Source: Candidatus Latescibacterota bacterium
GTDB taxonomy: Bacteria > Latescibacterota > UBA2968
Reading direction: 5' to 3'
Assembly (NCBI GenBank): GCA_965222605.1
Contig: OZ244960.1
Coordinates: 3,264,001-3,328,000 of the forward strand
DNA length: 64,000 nucleotides
Part shown: positions 39,565 to 51,312 of the stretch, in pieces
How the letters are laid out: every line of letters starts with the position of its first letter
How positions within the stretch are numbered: position 1 is the stretch's first letter
Made by a program: the position numbers and the translations under genes
The notes under the pieces: generated by a model
What the model was told of the DNA's origin: nothing
Databases searched by the model: none
Seen by the model: only the letters and a program-made list of their open reading frames with translations

Positions 39565-41030
39565 GGCATGGCCCCTCCGATCATAAGCAACAGGTTCAGG
39601 ACAGGGTCGGGATAGATATAGAGCACCAGACAGCCGCCCGCTGTAAATAATAAGGGAAGTACACACGCAAGAGGTGCTTCGTGCAGACCCTCTGCATGAT
39701 GGTCATTTGTTGCGGTGGCAAAAAATGCATAAATGGGAATTGGCAATAAATAGAGTACATTGAGCAGTGAACTCATCAGCAATACCCCTGCCGCTACATA
39801 TTGATGGGCTTCAATCGTAGCCAGGACCAGATACCACTTGCTCCACGCACCCGCAAAAGGCGGAATTCCGATAATGCTCAGAGAGCCGATCAGAAAGGCG
39901 AACATCGTAAAGGGCATCTGCCGTCCGATGCCTTTCATGTCGCTGATTTCCGTTTTGTGCAAAGCTACCAGGATGGCACCTGCACAGAAGAACAGGGTGA
40001 TTTTGCCAAAGGCATGCGTTACAATGTGCATACTGCCGCCCAGCACACCCAGGTCATTTGCAAGCGACGCCCCCAGCACGATGTAGGATAACTGGCTGAT
40101 TGTGGAATACGCCAGTCGCGCTTTTAAATTGTCCTTTGTCATCGCCACCAGCGATGCCACCAGAATGGTGAAGCCAGCGATATAGGTCAGCCATTCGCTA
40201 AGACCCGCATCCGAAAGCAGATCTGTGCCAAAGAGGTAGATCACCACTTTCATTATTGTGAATACGCCGGCTTTTACTACGGCCACGGCATGCAGTAATG
40301 CACTGACAGGTGTAGGCGCAACCATTGCCGCGGGCAACCATCTGTGGAATGGCATTAACGCTGCTTTCCCGGTTCCAAAGGCATAGAGACCGAGCAGGAC
40401 GATTACAATACCTTCGCTCGCTTTGCCGGTTAGAATACCTCCCGGCGCAAATTCCAGCGTGCCGGTCAATTGCCAGGTCCACACCATGCCCAGCAACAAA
40501 AAGCCCACCGATGTACTCATCAAAATGCCCATGTAGATCCGCCCGGCGCGCATGGCTTCTTCGGTGCGGTGGTGCGTTACAAGCGGATATGTCGATAGGG
40601 TCAATATCTCGTAAAATATAAACAGGGTGAACATATTGCGGGCAAAAGCCACGCCCAGAGCAGCCGAGATTGCAAATGCAAAGAATACAAAAAACCTGGT
40701 CTGGTTTTCTTCGTGATGTCCGCGCATGTACCCGATGGCATAGACTGTGGTGACAATCCACAAGCCCGACGCGATCAGGGCAAATATCATGCCCAATGGC
40801 TCTACCTGAAATGCCAGTGCCAGGCCCGGCATCACGTCTATGACATGCGCGGCGGGCTGTGCGCCGTCCATCACCGAGGGCAAAAGTGAAATTACAGTGC
40901 CAAAGGTCAATACAGCCGTAATCAACGTGATTGTTTCACGCACATTGGGGCTGCGCGAGGTCAGTGCAATAAAGGGCATGCCCAAAAGCGGTAACGCGAT
41001 GGATACGAGTATGGCGGTTGATCCACTCAC
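39561..41030 (-). CDS. mrpD: Mrp antiporter subunit D-like (second copy)
   Basis: FYEILT, WLPAAMVAPTPVSALLHAVAVVKAG and RLAYSTISQ. Confidence 0.88.
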   Translation of the reverse strand: MSGSTAILVSIALPLLGMPFIALTSRSPNVRETITLITAVLTFGTVISLLPSVMDGAQPAAHVIDVMPGLALAFQVEPLGMIFALIASGLWIVTTVYAIGYMRGHHEENQTRFFVFFAFAISAALGVAFARNMFTLFIFYEILTLSTYPLVTHHRTEEAMRAGRIYMGILMSTSVGFLLLGMVWTWQLTGTLEFAPGGILTGKASEGIVIVLLGLYAFGTGKAALMPFHRWLPAAMVAPTPVSALLHAVAVVKAGVFTIMKVVIYLFGTDLLSDAGLSEWLTYIAGFTILVASLVAMTKDNLKARLAYSTISQLSYIVLGASLANDLGVLGGSMHIVTHAFGKITLFFCAGAILVALHKTEISDMKGIGRQMPFTMFAFLIGSLSIIGIPPFAGAWSKWYLVLATIEAHQYVAAGVLLMSSLLNVLYLLPIPIYAFFATATNDHHAEGLHEAPLACVLPLLFTAGGCLVLYIYPDPVLNLLLMIGGAMP

Positions 41031-42505
41031 GGCGTTACCCCCAGCAATAATTCAGCAGCGCGTTGTGCCACGCTGACGGTTAAGTCCGTTTGAATACCAA
41101 AATACAATGTCGCTCCCGTCAAAATCCACATGGAGATCTGCATCATCAATGGTGCTTCTTTCACATTGGAATCATCATTGGCTTTCTGAAAATAGGCCAC
41201 TTCAACGACGCGCCACACATAAATCACGGCGAGTAGAGAACTGAGTAAGGCCAGTAGTGCTACGGGCCACCATCCCGCTTCCAGTGCGGCCAGAATTAAA
41301 TACCACTTGCTGATAAAGCCCACGGTTAAAGGTACGCCTATCAAGCTTAGACCCGCGAGTACAAAAGCCGCCATTGTTACGGGCATGCGTCGCCCCAATC
41401 CTTTCCAGTCGGCAAGGTCAGATGACCCGAGGCGCAATACCGCGCCGCCTACGGCCAAAAACAGGGCGGCTTTCATCAAGGCGTGATTAAACAGGTGAAT
41501 AATTCCACCCGTCAATCCCGTGACGGAAACAAAGCCTATGCCCAGCATCATATACCCGATTTGCGCCACGCTGGAATAAGCCAATAACCGCTTTACATTG
41601 GTCTGGTAAATGGCGGATAGGGATGCCACGTAAATCCCGATGAGGGCAAGTGGAATCAAAAAGACATCGAGGTTGAGTTTTTCAAACACAAACTCGGCAC
41701 CCCATACGGTAAATGTGAATCTAAGGAATACGTAGATGGATACTTTTGTCGCTGTTGCAGCCAAAAAAGCCGTGACTAAAGAAGGCGCGTAACAATAGGC
41801 ATTGGGCAACCACATGTGCAGCGGGAACATCGCCAACTTGATCAACATGCCCACGGTCAAGAAGGCGAACGCGACCATTGCCGTGCGGGTTTCAAACATC
41901 GCGGGCAAGCGTTCGGATAGATCAAACATATTTAGCGTGCCCGTCATCATGTACATCAGTCCGATGCCAATGACAATAAACGTGGCGCCCAATGTGCCCA
42001 TGATCAGATATTGATAAGATGCTGTTAGTGCGCGCCGGTCGCGTCCCATGGCAATCAGGGTATAGGACGATAGCGATGAAATTTCCAAAAATACAAAAAC
42101 ATTAAACGCATCGCCTGTGATCGCAATGCCCATCAATCCGGTAAAGCAGAGCAAATAAGCTGTATAAAACAAATAATGCTGCTTACCGGGAATTTCATCA
42201 GCCACGCTTGGCAGTGCAAAAAACATCAGCACGGCGGCGATGATCGAAACCAGTAGCAGCACAAAAGCATTGATTGTATCAACGCGGTATTCAATGCCCC
42301 AGGGCGCAATCCATCCGCCTATTGCATAAGAGATGACGCCTTCTTCCAGCACGCGGATGAGCAGCATAGATGCCATGCCCAAAGAGGCGACACACACGAG
42401 AGATGCAAAAGCCCAAACCAGCGTTTTTTGTCGCAATAACACACATAAAGGGGCAGACACAAGGGGTACAACGATCAACAATATGGGCAGGTGCGCATCA
42501 ATCAT
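41027..42505 (-). CDS. mrpD: Mrp antiporter subunit D
   Basis: GWIAPWGIEYRVD, FVFLEI, PLHMWLPNAY and KRLLAYSS. Confidence 0.9.
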   Translation of the reverse strand: MIDAHLPILLIVVPLVSAPLCVLLRQKTLVWAFASLVCVASLGMASMLLIRVLEEGVISYAIGGWIAPWGIEYRVDTINAFVLLLVSIIAAVLMFFALPSVADEIPGKQHYLFYTAYLLCFTGLMGIAITGDAFNVFVFLEISSLSSYTLIAMGRDRRALTASYQYLIMGTLGATFIVIGIGLMYMMTGTLNMFDLSERLPAMFETRTAMVAFAFLTVGMLIKLAMFPLHMWLPNAYCYAPSLVTAFLAATATKVSIYVFLRFTFTVWGAEFVFEKLNLDVFLIPLALIGIYVASLSAIYQTNVKRLLAYSSVAQIGYMMLGIGFVSVTGLTGGIIHLFNHALMKAALFLAVGGAVLRLGSSDLADWKGLGRRMPVTMAAFVLAGLSLIGVPLTVGFISKWYLILAALEAGWWPVALLALLSSLLAVIYVWRVVEVAYFQKANDDSNVKEAPLMMQISMWILTGATLYFGIQTDLTVSVAQRAAELLLGVTP

Positions 42506-42854
42506 TCACGAGGTCCTGTTCTATGATTTCATCTTCCTCAATCGTATTATATGCTTCCCAAATTCGCACGACGAGTGCCAATCCCAGGGAAAGGGTTGCG
42601 ATGCCTACGACAATTGCTGTCAGGATGAGCACATGGGGCAATGGGTTGGAATATGTGTCAATCCCTTCACCCAATATTGGCGCAGTGCCGCCGCTGACCT
42701 TTCCCATGCTGATATAGAGCAAGAAAACCGAAACTTGAAAGATACTCAGACCAATCAATTTTTTGATGAGATTGGGACGCGCAATTGCGGTGTACAATCC
42801 AATCATCATCAAGACCATGCAGGCCCAGTAGTTGAATAATCCGACGGAGATCAT
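42498..42854 (-). CDS. mrpC: Mrp antiporter subunit C
   Basis: NLIKKLIGL, NPLPHVLILTAIVVG. Confidence 0.92.
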   Translation of the reverse strand: MISVGLFNYWACMVLMMIGLYTAIARPNLIKKLIGLSIFQVSVFLLYISMGKVSGGTAPILGEGIDTYSNPLPHVLILTAIVVGIATLSLGLALVVRIWEAYNTIEEDEIIEQDLVND

Positions 42855-43276
42855 CGCAATTGCCTCCGACCTGCAAAAGCGAAAAAGATCGCTATCATTA
42901 CCGCAGCCACTGTAATACCCACGCCGAGTTCGACCAGAAAGATGCCCAGATGTTGTCCGTGTGCTGGGTCCTGGGGATCCAGAGCATTATAATCCAGGAA
43001 GTTGTGACCGAGAAATAAGGAGACCAATCCCGTGCCCGCATAGAGCAAGACGCCAAGGGCGACGAGAATTTCAATGACGCGGGGTTTTACGATCTGTTTT
43101 GTGGCTTGTAGGCCAAAAATGAGCGTGTAGAGCACCACTGCTGCGGCAAAGATCACACCGGCTTGAAACCCGCCTCCGGGGCTAAAGTCGCCGTGAAATT
43201 GCACATAGAGCGCGAATAACATGATCGGAGCAATTAACCACTTGCCCACTACGCGAGGAATACCCTGATGTCTCAT
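42851..43276 (-). CDS. mrpB: Mrp antiporter subunit B
   Basis: HGDFSPGGGFQAG. Confidence 0.92.
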   Translation of the reverse strand: MRHQGIPRVVGKWLIAPIMLFALYVQFHGDFSPGGGFQAGVIFAAAVVLYTLIFGLQATKQIVKPRVIEILVALGVLLYAGTGLVSLFLGHNFLDYNALDPQDPAHGQHLGIFLVELGVGITVAAVMIAIFFAFAGRRQLR

Positions 43277-43812
43277 TGTTTGTCCTCCTTGCGCCAGAGG
43301 TGTCCCATGAGCAATATTACACCGATACCCGCTGTAAAAATCACGGTTGTTTCACCCAGTGTATCGTATCCCCGATAGCTCGCCAATACCGATGTTACAA
43401 TATTGGGTATGTCTATTTCTTCTCCCGATTTTTCAATATAGCGATCGGCAACGTGTTTGTGAACGGGGGCATTGGGGTCACCGTATAGCGGCATATCCAG
43501 TGTGCCGTAAATAAGTGCGCTACCGGTAATTAGCACCGCGAGCAGTGCCAATACATTGTTTTTGCTGGCAATTTTTTCTTCGCGCGTCGTCAATGCCAGC
43601 GTGCCCAGCAGGAGCACGGTTGATACGCCGGCTCCAACAGCCGCTTCGGTAAATGCGACATCGACGGCGTCGAGCAATGTAAACATGATAGCCGATAGGA
43701 AGCTGAAAATACCCATCATCATTGCAGCCATAAACAAATTGTGCATTCGAGAAACCGCAATTGCGAGTACAATCATAAAAGACAGCAGGACGATGTCCGT
43801 AATTTCAGTCAT
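43273..43812 (-). CDS. Mrp DUF4040-containing subunit (MrpA C-terminal-like piece)
   Basis: DAVDVAFTEAAVGAG, NIVTSVLASYRGYDTLGE. Confidence 0.88.
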   Translation of the reverse strand: MTEITDIVLLSFMIVLAIAVSRMHNLFMAAMMMGIFSFLSAIMFTLLDAVDVAFTEAAVGAGVSTVLLLGTLALTTREEKIASKNNVLALLAVLITGSALIYGTLDMPLYGDPNAPVHKHVADRYIEKSGEEIDIPNIVTSVLASYRGYDTLGETTVIFTAGIGVILLMGHLWRKEDKQ

Positions 43813-44137
43813 GCTCTTTTTTCCCTTTGTTGTCGGGATCGCTAAAAAAAGGCTTGAGACCCGATGTAAAAGCAGCTTTGCCTACCGCGTGGGTTGATGT
43901 TGGGCTGGTGATGAGTAATACCACCAAAATCATCACCAGTTTTACTGTGACCTCTGTCAGACCGCCCTGAAACATCAGCCCCACCAGAACAAGGCTGGCC
44001 CCCAGTGTGTCGGTAATGCCACCGCCGTGCATGCGGCTGTAAAAATCGGGCAAGCGCAACAGGCCCAGGCCGCCAATTATGCAAAAAACACTTCCCAGGC
44101 CGAGACAAATCCAGCTCAATACATCGACAATTATCAT
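43805..44137 (-). CDS. mrpG: Mrp antiporter subunit G
   Basis: GLLRLPDFYSRMH..DTLG, TSPTSTHA. Confidence 0.92.
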   Translation of the reverse strand: MIIVDVLSWICLGLGSVFCIIGGLGLLRLPDFYSRMHGGGITDTLGASLVLVGLMFQGGLTEVTVKLVMILVVLLITSPTSTHAVGKAAFTSGLKPFFSDPDNKGKKEHD

Positions 44138-44424
44138 GGTGTTTGCGTCCTGTTTTCTTTTTCGGGATCGGCACCTAAGTCATTATAGGTCACAAATTTT
44201 AGAACGGCCAATGTACCGATAAAGTTGATCAATACATAAACAAGGGCCAGATCTAAAAAATCGGGCCGACCGGTCAAAAATCCGAGCACAGCAATAAATA
44301 ATACGGTTTTGGTGCCAAACATATTTACCGCGAGGATGCGATCGTACACTGTCGGTCCCAATAGCGCGCGGCAAAGTGCCAGTGCCATGGTGACCAATAT
44401 GCCGATCATTGCTGCAATAAACAT
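44134..44424 (-). CDS. mrpF: Mrp antiporter subunit F
   Basis: GPTVYDRILA, DLALVY..INFIGT. Confidence 0.92.
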   Translation of the reverse strand: MFIAAMIGILVTMALALCRALLGPTVYDRILAVNMFGTKTVLFIAVLGFLTGRPDFLDLALVYVLINFIGTLAVLKFVTYNDLGADPEKENRTQTP

Positions 44425-44425
44425 G

Positions 44426-44902
44426 TCATCGCTCCAATGCCGCCACACGGCGGTCCATATCGCCGCTTTGCACATCGTCAGCGGCTTCTTTTGTTAATGC
44501 GTGTACCACAATGTCTTCTTCATCCAGATCAAGTGATACGGTGCCGGGGGTCAGGGTTATTGAATTGGCAAAGATGACGCGACAAAGGTCCGTTTTTTGC
44601 GTTGCTTTTACGTGTACTACGCGCGGGGCAATGGGCAATTTGGGACTCAAGATTCGTTTTGCCACGTCTATATTCGCTTTGATAATGGCCCAGAACAACC
44701 ACGGAATATACAAAACGATGCGCCAAGTTAGATGAATCGGGATCCCTTCTTCATCTACAATCGCCAGGCGACCCGCCAGATAAACGACAAAAGCGCAGGA
44801 TAACACACCGATTACGAGAAGAAGCGAGTGATGAAGCGCGTAATGTCCAGACCAGAGCAGCCAGACGACAAATGCCAAAACGCACATCAAGATGTAACGC
44901 AT
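44426..44902 (-). CDS. mrpE: Mrp antiporter subunit E
   Basis: KANIDVA, ANSITLTPGT and VHAL. Confidence 0.92.
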   Translation of the reverse strand: MRYILMCVLAFVVWLLWSGHYALHHSLLLVIGVLSCAFVVYLAGRLAIVDEEGIPIHLTWRIVLYIPWLFWAIIKANIDVAKRILSPKLPIAPRVVHVKATQKTDLCRVIFANSITLTPGTVSLDLDEEDIVVHALTKEAADDVQSGDMDRRVAALER

Positions 44903-44934
44903 GTAAACCTCGAATTAAAGGCGGTGAGACGCGA

Positions 44935-44959
44935 GGGGACGGTCTCTGTGCCGTCCCTA
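44935..44959. repeat. REP-like palindrome (same family as 35719)
   Basis: GGGGACGGTCTCTGTGCCGTCCCTA. Confidence 0.75.
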
Positions 44960-45143
44960 ACAGTCACCCCCAGCCTACTGAAAAGGCACAAGAAACCCGC
45001 TCGTTCGCCCGAATGGGTTGGATGAGCGAAGCATATTATTTATATTTTCTGAGCGCGAAAAATCAAGCAAAATATCGCGTTGTGTCTTATCTTGGGATAG
45101 ATGCAATCTTAGAGACGATTTAATTAATAGAAAGGTACATTCC

Positions 45144-45452
45144 GTGTCAACTATTCTGATCGCGTATGTGTTTACAGCACTTATTTTTGGTTTTTTTCTT
45201 TATTATTTTGTTTGGCGCAATCGCTATGTCACGCAGATTCGTTTGGCTATTCACAAGATTGAAGGGCGGGCTGTGAGCATTGAACGCATTGTGAGGGAAA
45301 CAAAAAAAATCCGGGTGGATCAGCGTCCGGATCTGTTGGCATTAAAACGCATTGAGTGGAAAGTTATTTACAAAGATCGGAATGACAATCTCTGCGAAGC
45401 CCGTTGCCGTGTTCAAGAAGGACAACTCGACTGGCATCCTCCGCTGCGTTGA
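45144..45452 (+). CDS. Hypothetical single-TM membrane protein
   Basis: AAAGG RBS plus GTG start; N-terminal TM followed by a basic soluble domain. Confidence 0.6.
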   Translation: MSTILIAYVFTALIFGFFLYYFVWRNRYVTQIRLAIHKIEGRAVSIERIVRETKKIRVDQRPDLLALKRIEWKVIYKDRNDNLCEARCRVQEGQLDWHPPLR

Positions 45453-45680
45453 TTATCCCACTTTTTCCGCAATGGAGACTGTGGTCTGGTCTTTTTGCGC
45501 TTTCTTTCGCCGTGGGCATGTAAAGCACGCGGAATCTTCGTCGGAACCTTGTTCTGAGGTTTCTAACACATCGCCACAACAACTTTGCTGCTTTTTTTTG
45601 TATTGTGCAAATGTCAACGCACCTGCCATAAACGCAAATGCCACGACGAGAAAGATCGTCGCTGTCAATATTGTTTCCAT
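45453..45680 (-). CDS. nqrM: NqrM-like Na+-NQR maturation protein
   Basis: Single TM plus Cys cluster SCCG...CFTCP, directly after apbE. Confidence 0.65.
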   Translation of the reverse strand: METILTATIFLVVAFAFMAGALTFAQYKKKQQSCCGDVLETSEQGSDEDSACFTCPRRKKAQKDQTTVSIAEKVG

Positions 45681-45690
45681 TGTTGTGTCC

Positions 45691-46689
45691 TTATTTGAGC
45701 AGTTCCTCAAAATTAGACGTCATTTTTTCCACAAACTCATCCCCTTGTCTCACGATCATAAATACGGCGAGATTGCGTTTTTCGGCAAATACAAATCCCT
45801 TTTCTGGTCCCATTGCGTTGATCGCCGTGGCCAATCCATCGGCGTAGGCACAACTTTTGTGTATTACTGTTACGGAGGCCAAAGCGTGCGTTATGGGGCG
45901 TCCTGTGCGCGGGTCAATGGTGTGGGAATACCGCACGCCGTCGCGTTCAAAATAATTGTGGTAATCGCCCGATGTCGCCATGGACATGTTGTCCAGGGCG
46001 AGTGCTTTTTGTAGTTCGCCCTGTCCGGCTGGACTCGCAATGCCAATTCGCCAGAGTTGTCGCAGGTGATTGTGTCCCTTTGTTCGCAGTTCTCCGCCGA
46101 TTTCGATAAAATAGCGATTAATGCCCAGGCTGTCCAGATAACTCGCGACGCGATCTACACCAAATCCCTTGGCTATCGCAGATAAGTCGCAATAGACTTC
46201 AGGAATTTCTTTTTTTATTGCGGAAATAGATAGAGCGACGCGAATTTTTTTGTAGCCTACCAGTGTTTTAGCAGCTTCAATTGAGTCGGGCGATGGCACG
46301 CGGTCGGGGATGGCACTGGGACCAAAACCCCACAGATTGACGAGGGGACCAATCGTGACGTCAAACGCGCCATCGGACCAGGTGCTGATTTCTTGCGCGA
46401 TATGTAAAACATAAGCAAAGTCCGATGAAACGCCAAACCAGTCTGTTGAACGCGCGCGGTTGAATTGGGTGATTTCGGAGTTGTCACGATAAGTGGACAT
46501 CTGGCGATTGACTTCTGTCAGGCGTGCATTGATTTCTCGCTCCAGTACATCCAGGTCCATAGTTATCTCACTCTGGACGATCTTGACCTGAAATGTCGTT
46601 CCCATCGTCGGACCAGAAATCGTTATTAGCTGATCCTGACATCCGACAAGGGCAGATAACAGGATTGGAAATACCCATCGCCAGCGCAT
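45691..46689 (-). CDS. apbE: FAD:protein FMN transferase ApbE (lipoprotein)
   Basis: Lipobox LVGC, GPTMGT, DLSAIAKG, ATSGDY and SHTIDPRTG. Confidence 0.95.
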   Translation of the reverse strand: MRWRWVFPILLSALVGCQDQLITISGPTMGTTFQVKIVQSEITMDLDVLEREINARLTEVNRQMSTYRDNSEITQFNRARSTDWFGVSSDFAYVLHIAQEISTWSDGAFDVTIGPLVNLWGFGPSAIPDRVPSPDSIEAAKTLVGYKKIRVALSISAIKKEIPEVYCDLSAIAKGFGVDRVASYLDSLGINRYFIEIGGELRTKGHNHLRQLWRIGIASPAGQGELQKALALDNMSMATSGDYHNYFERDGVRYSHTIDPRTGRPITHALASVTVIHKSCAYADGLATAINAMGPEKGFVFAEKRNLAVFMIVRQGDEFVEKMTSNFEELLK

Positions 46690-46762
46690 ATCGTATCTCA
46701 AAAGAAAAGCGGAGGCCAGTACTGCGGCACTCCGCCATATATAGTTTCTATGTCGCAAATGT

Positions 46763-48013
46763 TTAGCTGCCAAAGTCGTCGAACAAGACGTTCTCGGATT
46801 CCACGCCCATATCGTCCAGCATGTTCAGGCAGGCGATTAACATCGGCGGGGGACCACAGATATAATATTCGCAATCTTCAGGCGCCGGGAGATCTTTTAA
46901 GTACTCATCGTAGAGGACCTGGTGAATAAATCCGGTCAGGCCCGTCCAATTGTCTTCCGGCATTGGGTCGGATAGTGCCACATGCCATGTAAAGTTGTCG
47001 AATTCGCTCTGCAAGCCGTCGAAGTCATCGACGTAAAACATTTCATTCAGACTGCGCGCGCCATACCAGAAGGTTACTTTGCGATCTGTGCCAATGCGTT
47101 TGAACTGATCGAAGATATGTGACCGCATCGGCGCCATGCCCGCGCCGCCACCAATGAAGATCATTTCTGCGTCGGTCTCTTTGGCATAGAACTCGCCATA
47201 GGGTCCAGAAATGGTTACGTCATCGCCGGGTTTCAAATCGAATGTCCACGACGACATTATGCCCGGCGGAATGCCCGTTGTGCCCGGCGGTGGGGACGCC
47301 ACGCGGATGTTGAGCATAATAATCCCTTTTTCTTCGGGATAATTCGCCATTGAATACGCGCGGAAAACGGGTTCATCTACTGTTGAGACATTGTCCCACA
47401 CATTGAAATGATCCCAGGTACTTTTAAAGCGGTCTTCCCCATCGGCGGCTTTGATGTCGAAGTTGTGATAGTCAACGGTGTGGGGCGGGCATTCGGTCTG
47501 AATAAAACCACCGGCTCGGAACCCGACATCTTCCCCTGGCGGTAGTTCGAGAACGAGTTCTTTGATAAATGTGGCGACATTGTAATTTGAGAGCACTTTG
47601 CAGTTCCACTTTTTGATGCTAAATACCTCGGCAGGCACTTCGATATTCATATCGCCTTTCACGGTTACCTGGCACGAAAGCCGACACCCTTCCCGCGCTT
47701 CTTTGCGGTTGATGTGGGATCGCTCGGTAGCTAAGATATCGCCTCCCCCATCGTTGATCGTCACTTTGCACTGCCCACAGGTGCCGCCTCCACCACAGGC
47801 GGAAGACACAAAAATTTTATTATCGGCCAATGTGTTGAGCAACTTGCCACCCACGGGAACAGAAATGCTGTGGTCGGGGTCGTCATTGATCATAATGCGG
47901 GCTTGCCCCGCGGCAACCAGTTGGGATCTGGCAGCGAGAATGATCGCCACCAGGACGAGTACAATGGTCGTAAACATCCCTACACCGAGTACAATTAGCT
48001 TTGCGTCTTCCAT
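46763..48013 (-). CDS. nqrF: Na+-NQR subunit F
   Basis: [33 protein letters not shown] and FDDFG. Confidence 0.96.
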   Translation of the reverse strand: MEDAKLIVLGVGMFTTIVLVLVAIILAARSQLVAAGQARIMINDDPDHSISVPVGGKLLNTLADNKIFVSSACGGGGTCGQCKVTINDGGGDILATERSHINRKEAREGCRLSCQVTVKGDMNIEVPAEVFSIKKWNCKVLSNYNVATFIKELVLELPPGEDVGFRAGGFIQTECPPHTVDYHNFDIKAADGEDRFKSTWDHFNVWDNVSTVDEPVFRAYSMANYPEEKGIIMLNIRVASPPPGTTGIPPGIMSSWTFDLKPGDDVTISGPYGEFYAKETDAEMIFIGGGAGMAPMRSHIFDQFKRIGTDRKVTFWYGARSLNEMFYVDDFDGLQSEFDNFTWHVALSDPMPEDNWTGLTGFIHQVLYDEYLKDLPAPEDCEYYICGPPPMLIACLNMLDDMGVESENVLFDDFGS

Positions 48014-48036
48014 ATCATCTCCACGCTTGCCCGGAA

Positions 48037-48648
48037 TTAAAGTTGAATTCCCGAAAAGAGCATAAATGCCATCGCCATCAATCCCACGGTCATAAACGTA
48101 ATGCCCAGCCCGCGCAGTGCAGGCGGTACATTGCTGTATTTCATTTTTTCGCGTATGCCTGCCAGCCCGACAATGGCGAGTGCCCAACCCGTGCCACTGC
48201 CCAGTCCAAAGACGACGCTTTCGGAAAAATTAAAGTCGCGCTCGACCATGAGCAGCGAACCGCCTAAGATCGCGCAGTTCACTGTGATGAGCGGCAAGAA
48301 TATGCCCAGGGCGTTGTACAGGCTGGGTACATATTTGTCCAGTACCATTTCCAGAATTTGAATCATCGCGGCGATCACGCCGATATATGTGACCAGGCCC
48401 AAAAATGTGAGATCCACATTTGGCAAACCCGCCCAGGCCAGGGCTCCTTCGGTCAGCACATGATGAAAAATTAGATTGTTGATCGGTACGGTAATTGTCT
48501 GCACCACAATTACCGCAATGCCCAGGCCGACAGCGGTTGTCACTTGTTTGGAAACAGCCAGGTATGTACACATGCCTAAAAAGAAAGCGAGGGCCATGTT
48601 TTCGACAAAAACGGCTTTGACAAATAAGCTGATATAGTGTTCGGCCAT
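48037..48648 (-). CDS. nqrE: Na+-NQR subunit E
   Basis: [24 protein letters not shown]. Confidence 0.96.
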   Translation of the reverse strand: MAEHYISLFVKAVFVENMALAFFLGMCTYLAVSKQVTTAVGLGIAVIVVQTITVPINNLIFHHVLTEGALAWAGLPNVDLTFLGLVTYIGVIAAMIQILEMVLDKYVPSLYNALGIFLPLITVNCAILGGSLLMVERDFNFSESVVFGLGSGTGWALAIVGLAGIREKMKYSNVPPALRGLGITFMTVGLMAMAFMLFSGIQL

Positions 48649-48649
48649 T

Positions 48650-49333
48650 TTAATCCTCTTCCTCTTGTTCGGGTTTCCACGCTCGCACAACCCAGATGAA
48701 GAACCCGATTAAGAAAAACGCACTCGGCGATAATAACATCAAGCCGTTGGGCAGGTACCAGCCGCCTTCTGTGACGAGTGGCAAAACATCAATTCCCAAG
48801 ATTTTACCCGATCCCAAAAGTTCGCGAAAAAACCCCACCACAATTAAGATGGTACTGTAACCAAATCCATTTCCCAGGCCATCTAATAAGCTGTGCGTGG
48901 GGGGATTTTTCATTGCAAATCCTTCGGCGCGCCCCATAATGATGCAGTTGGTAATGATCAGTCCGACAAAGATTGACAATTGCTTGGATATGCTGTAAGC
49001 AAATGCCTGGATAGCTTCGTCGGCGATAATTACGAGCGTGGCAATAATGGTCATTTGGACAATGATGCGCACGCTGGACGGAATGTGATTTCTGATCAGG
49101 CTTACCGATATATTGGAAAGAGCCAGAACAAAGATGACCGCCATAGACATGACGATTGAAGTTTCCAGTTTGGTTGTCACCGCGAGTGCCGAACACACGC
49201 CCAATACCTGACGCCCGATCGGGTTGTCATCAAAAACAGGCGTCAATAACAGGCTTTTGGCTTCTTTCGCCGTCAATGACGGAGATGGTGGCACTTCTGG
49301 TGCTTGTTCTTCCCGTTCGATTACTTCAGCCAC
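48650..49333 (-). CDS. nqrD: Na+-NQR subunit D
   Basis: [26 protein letters not shown]. Confidence 0.95.
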   Translation of the reverse strand: MAEVIEREEQAPEVPPSPSLTAKEAKSLLLTPVFDDNPIGRQVLGVCSALAVTTKLETSIVMSMAVIFVLALSNISVSLIRNHIPSSVRIIVQMTIIATLVIIADEAIQAFAYSISKQLSIFVGLIITNCIIMGRAEGFAMKNPPTHSLLDGLGNGFGYSTILIVVGFFRELLGSGKILGIDVLPLVTEGGWYLPNGLMLLSPSAFFLIGFFIWVVRAWKPEQEEED

Positions 49334-50123
49334 GAACACCTCCTTGTTTTAGCGTATTTAAAAATCGACCGTATCCTTCGTTGCCCAACCAGTACTTGAG
49401 CATATTGTCTAATCCCCGCGTGGTGATGGTCGCACCCGATAGACCATCGACCTGGTATTTTGCTTTTGCACTTTTGGGATTTACCTGGCCTTTGATCACA
49501 GAGATCGCCACATCGCCCGCATCGTCAAATGCCTGTTTGCCAGGCCACAATCCTTTCCATCTGGCGTTATCTACCTCGCCACCCAATCCCGGGGTTTCGC
49601 CGTGTTCGTAAAATGTGATGCCCTGAATGCTTTGCAGATCACTGCCCAGAGATACAAAACCGTAGAGCGTGGACCAGAGGCCATAGCCGTAGATGGGCAA
49701 AATAATGCGCTGCAATTTGTCGTTTTCCATCACTTTATAGACGAAGATATATTTCGGGCGGTTGCGAATATTTGCAATGTCTTTAGCCGCATCAACAGGA
49801 CGCCCAAAAGTGGGGTCAGCGGCCATTTTCTTCAGGTCATAAGTATCTATGTTAATGCCATCGGGATATTCTTCGCTGTTCAAAATCTGCCCTGTGTCCA
49901 ATTTAATAAGCAGTGGCACGACCTTATTTTTATAAACGGATTGCACATCAACCGAGGGATCGTATAACCCGCCTGCAATCAGGATATTTTTTACCTTGTC
50001 GAGGCGTTTGTTTTCTTTTTGGATATCGTGTAGGGATACAGCAGCTAATGAGACAAAAAGAGAACATACCAGACAAAGGGCTACCGCAACAAAGATCGTT
50101 TTTTGGATGCTGTCATTCTGCAC
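49326..50123 (-). CDS. nqrC: Na+-NQR subunit C
   Basis: [15 protein letters not shown] and FMN-attachment [10 protein letters not shown]. Confidence 0.95.
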   Translation of the reverse strand: MQNDSIQKTIFVAVALCLVCSLFVSLAAVSLHDIQKENKRLDKVKNILIAGGLYDPSVDVQSVYKNKVVPLLIKLDTGQILNSEEYPDGINIDTYDLKKMAADPTFGRPVDAAKDIANIRNRPKYIFVYKVMENDKLQRIILPIYGYGLWSTLYGFVSLGSDLQSIQGITFYEHGETPGLGGEVDNARWKGLWPGKQAFDDAGDVAISVIKGQVNPKSAKAKYQVDGLSGATITTRGLDNMLKYWLGNEGYGRFLNTLKQGGVRG

Positions 50124-51312
50124 GGGCCAGTCTCCTTTTGATATTGCGGTTGATAAAGACGCGGTCGATAATGGGCGCGAATACGTTGGCGAATAATATA
50201 GCCAGCATGATGCCTTCGGGATAGGCCGGGTTGGTCACGCGGATCAATACTGTCATCACGCCAATTAGAATACCATAGACCCATTTGCCCTGGCGCGTCA
50301 TGGCTGCGCTGACCGGATCGGTTGCCATAAATACCGTGCCAAATGCAAAACCGCCGATGACAAAATGCCAGGCCGGAGATACGTTGAGCAGCGGATTGGT
50401 GGTGCTGCCGATCCAATTGAAGAGCCACGCAGATACAATCATGCCGATGGTTACACCGGCCATGATTTGCCACGAGCCAACGCGTGTGAGAATTAGAACG
50501 CCGGCACCCAGCAAGCAGCAAAGGGTTGAGGTTTCACCCATGGACCCCGGAATCAAACCGATAAAGGACTCCCACCATGTATAATCCATCTGGATATGGG
50601 TATCGGCATACGCCGCCAGTGGTGTTGCCTGGCTATATCCATCGACGGCGATCCAGACCGCATCGCCTGAGATTTGCGCGGGATAGGCAAAGTAGAGAAA
50701 TGCACGGCCCGTAAGCGCGGGGTTTAAGAAGTTCATCCCTACGCCGCCAAAGATTTCTTTGCCTATTACGACGCCAAAAATGATGCCAAGGGCGACCTGC
50801 CACAGGGGAATCAGAGGGGGCATTGTCAGGGGAAATAGCGTGCTGGTAACGAGAAATCCCTCGTTGATCTCGTGCTTGCGAATGACTGCAAAGATGGCTT
50901 CGCAGATGCCGCCCGCGGCTACGGTTACGAGTTGTACGGGTACAAAATAAATGGCGCCGATCGCAAAACAACTGAGTACGTCGGAGGGCAGGAAAGACAA
51001 GCCCAGTGCCTGGGCGAGCCAGATGTGCCAATCGCCAGTGCCGATCACGCCGATATTTTGATAGGCCAGACTCGCTTGCAGGCCCGTATTGTACAGTGCC
51101 ATTAAAATACAGGGTTGTAGTGAAAGGACGACTGTGATCATCATCCGTTTCAAATCCATGCCGTCGCGCACATGGGCATCGGCATGGGTGACTTCGCCGG
51201 GGGTGTAAAGGAATGTGTCCCCGGCTTCGTAAAACGGATACAGTTTTTCGAGTTTGCCGCCTTCTTCGAAGTGCTCGGCTTGTTTGTCTAATAAATCGCG
51301 TAGTGGCTTCAC
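50113..51312 (-). CDS. nqrB: Na+-NQR subunit B
   Basis: DLKRMM, EGFLVT, FMN site SQATPL, GSMGETS and MATDPVS. Confidence 0.96.
   Translation of the reverse strand: MKPLRDLLDKQAEHFEEGGKLEKLYPFYEAGDTFLYTPGEVTHADAHVRDGMDLKRMMITVVLSLQPCILMALYNTGLQASLAYQNIGVIGTGDWHIWLAQALGLSFLPSDVLSCFAIGAIYFVPVQLVTVAAGGICEAIFAVIRKHEINEGFLVTSTLFPLTMPPLIPLWQVALGIIFGVVIGKEIFGGVGMNFLNPALTGRAFLYFAYPAQISGDAVWIAVDGYSQATPLAAYADTHIQMDYTWWESFIGLIPGSMGETSTLCCLLGAGVLILTRVGSWQIMAGVTIGMIVSAWLFNWIGSTTNPLLNVSPAWHFVIGGFAFGTVFMATDPVSAAMTRQGKWVYGILIGVMTVLIRVTNPAYPEGIMLAILFANVFAPIIDRVFINRNIKRRLARAE

Noticed and set aside
37536-44902. Membrane-bound hydrogenase or complex I membrane arm
   Set aside because: No hydrogenase or NuoBCDHI subunits are adjacent; the gene set matches a stand-alone Mrp antiporter
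46763-48187. N-terminally extended NqrF, and similar ORF-track extensions of groES, porin, GWxTD-2 and amidohydrolase
   Set aside because: The extensions overlap upstream genes or intergenic DNA; downstream starts with RBS or signal peptides fit better
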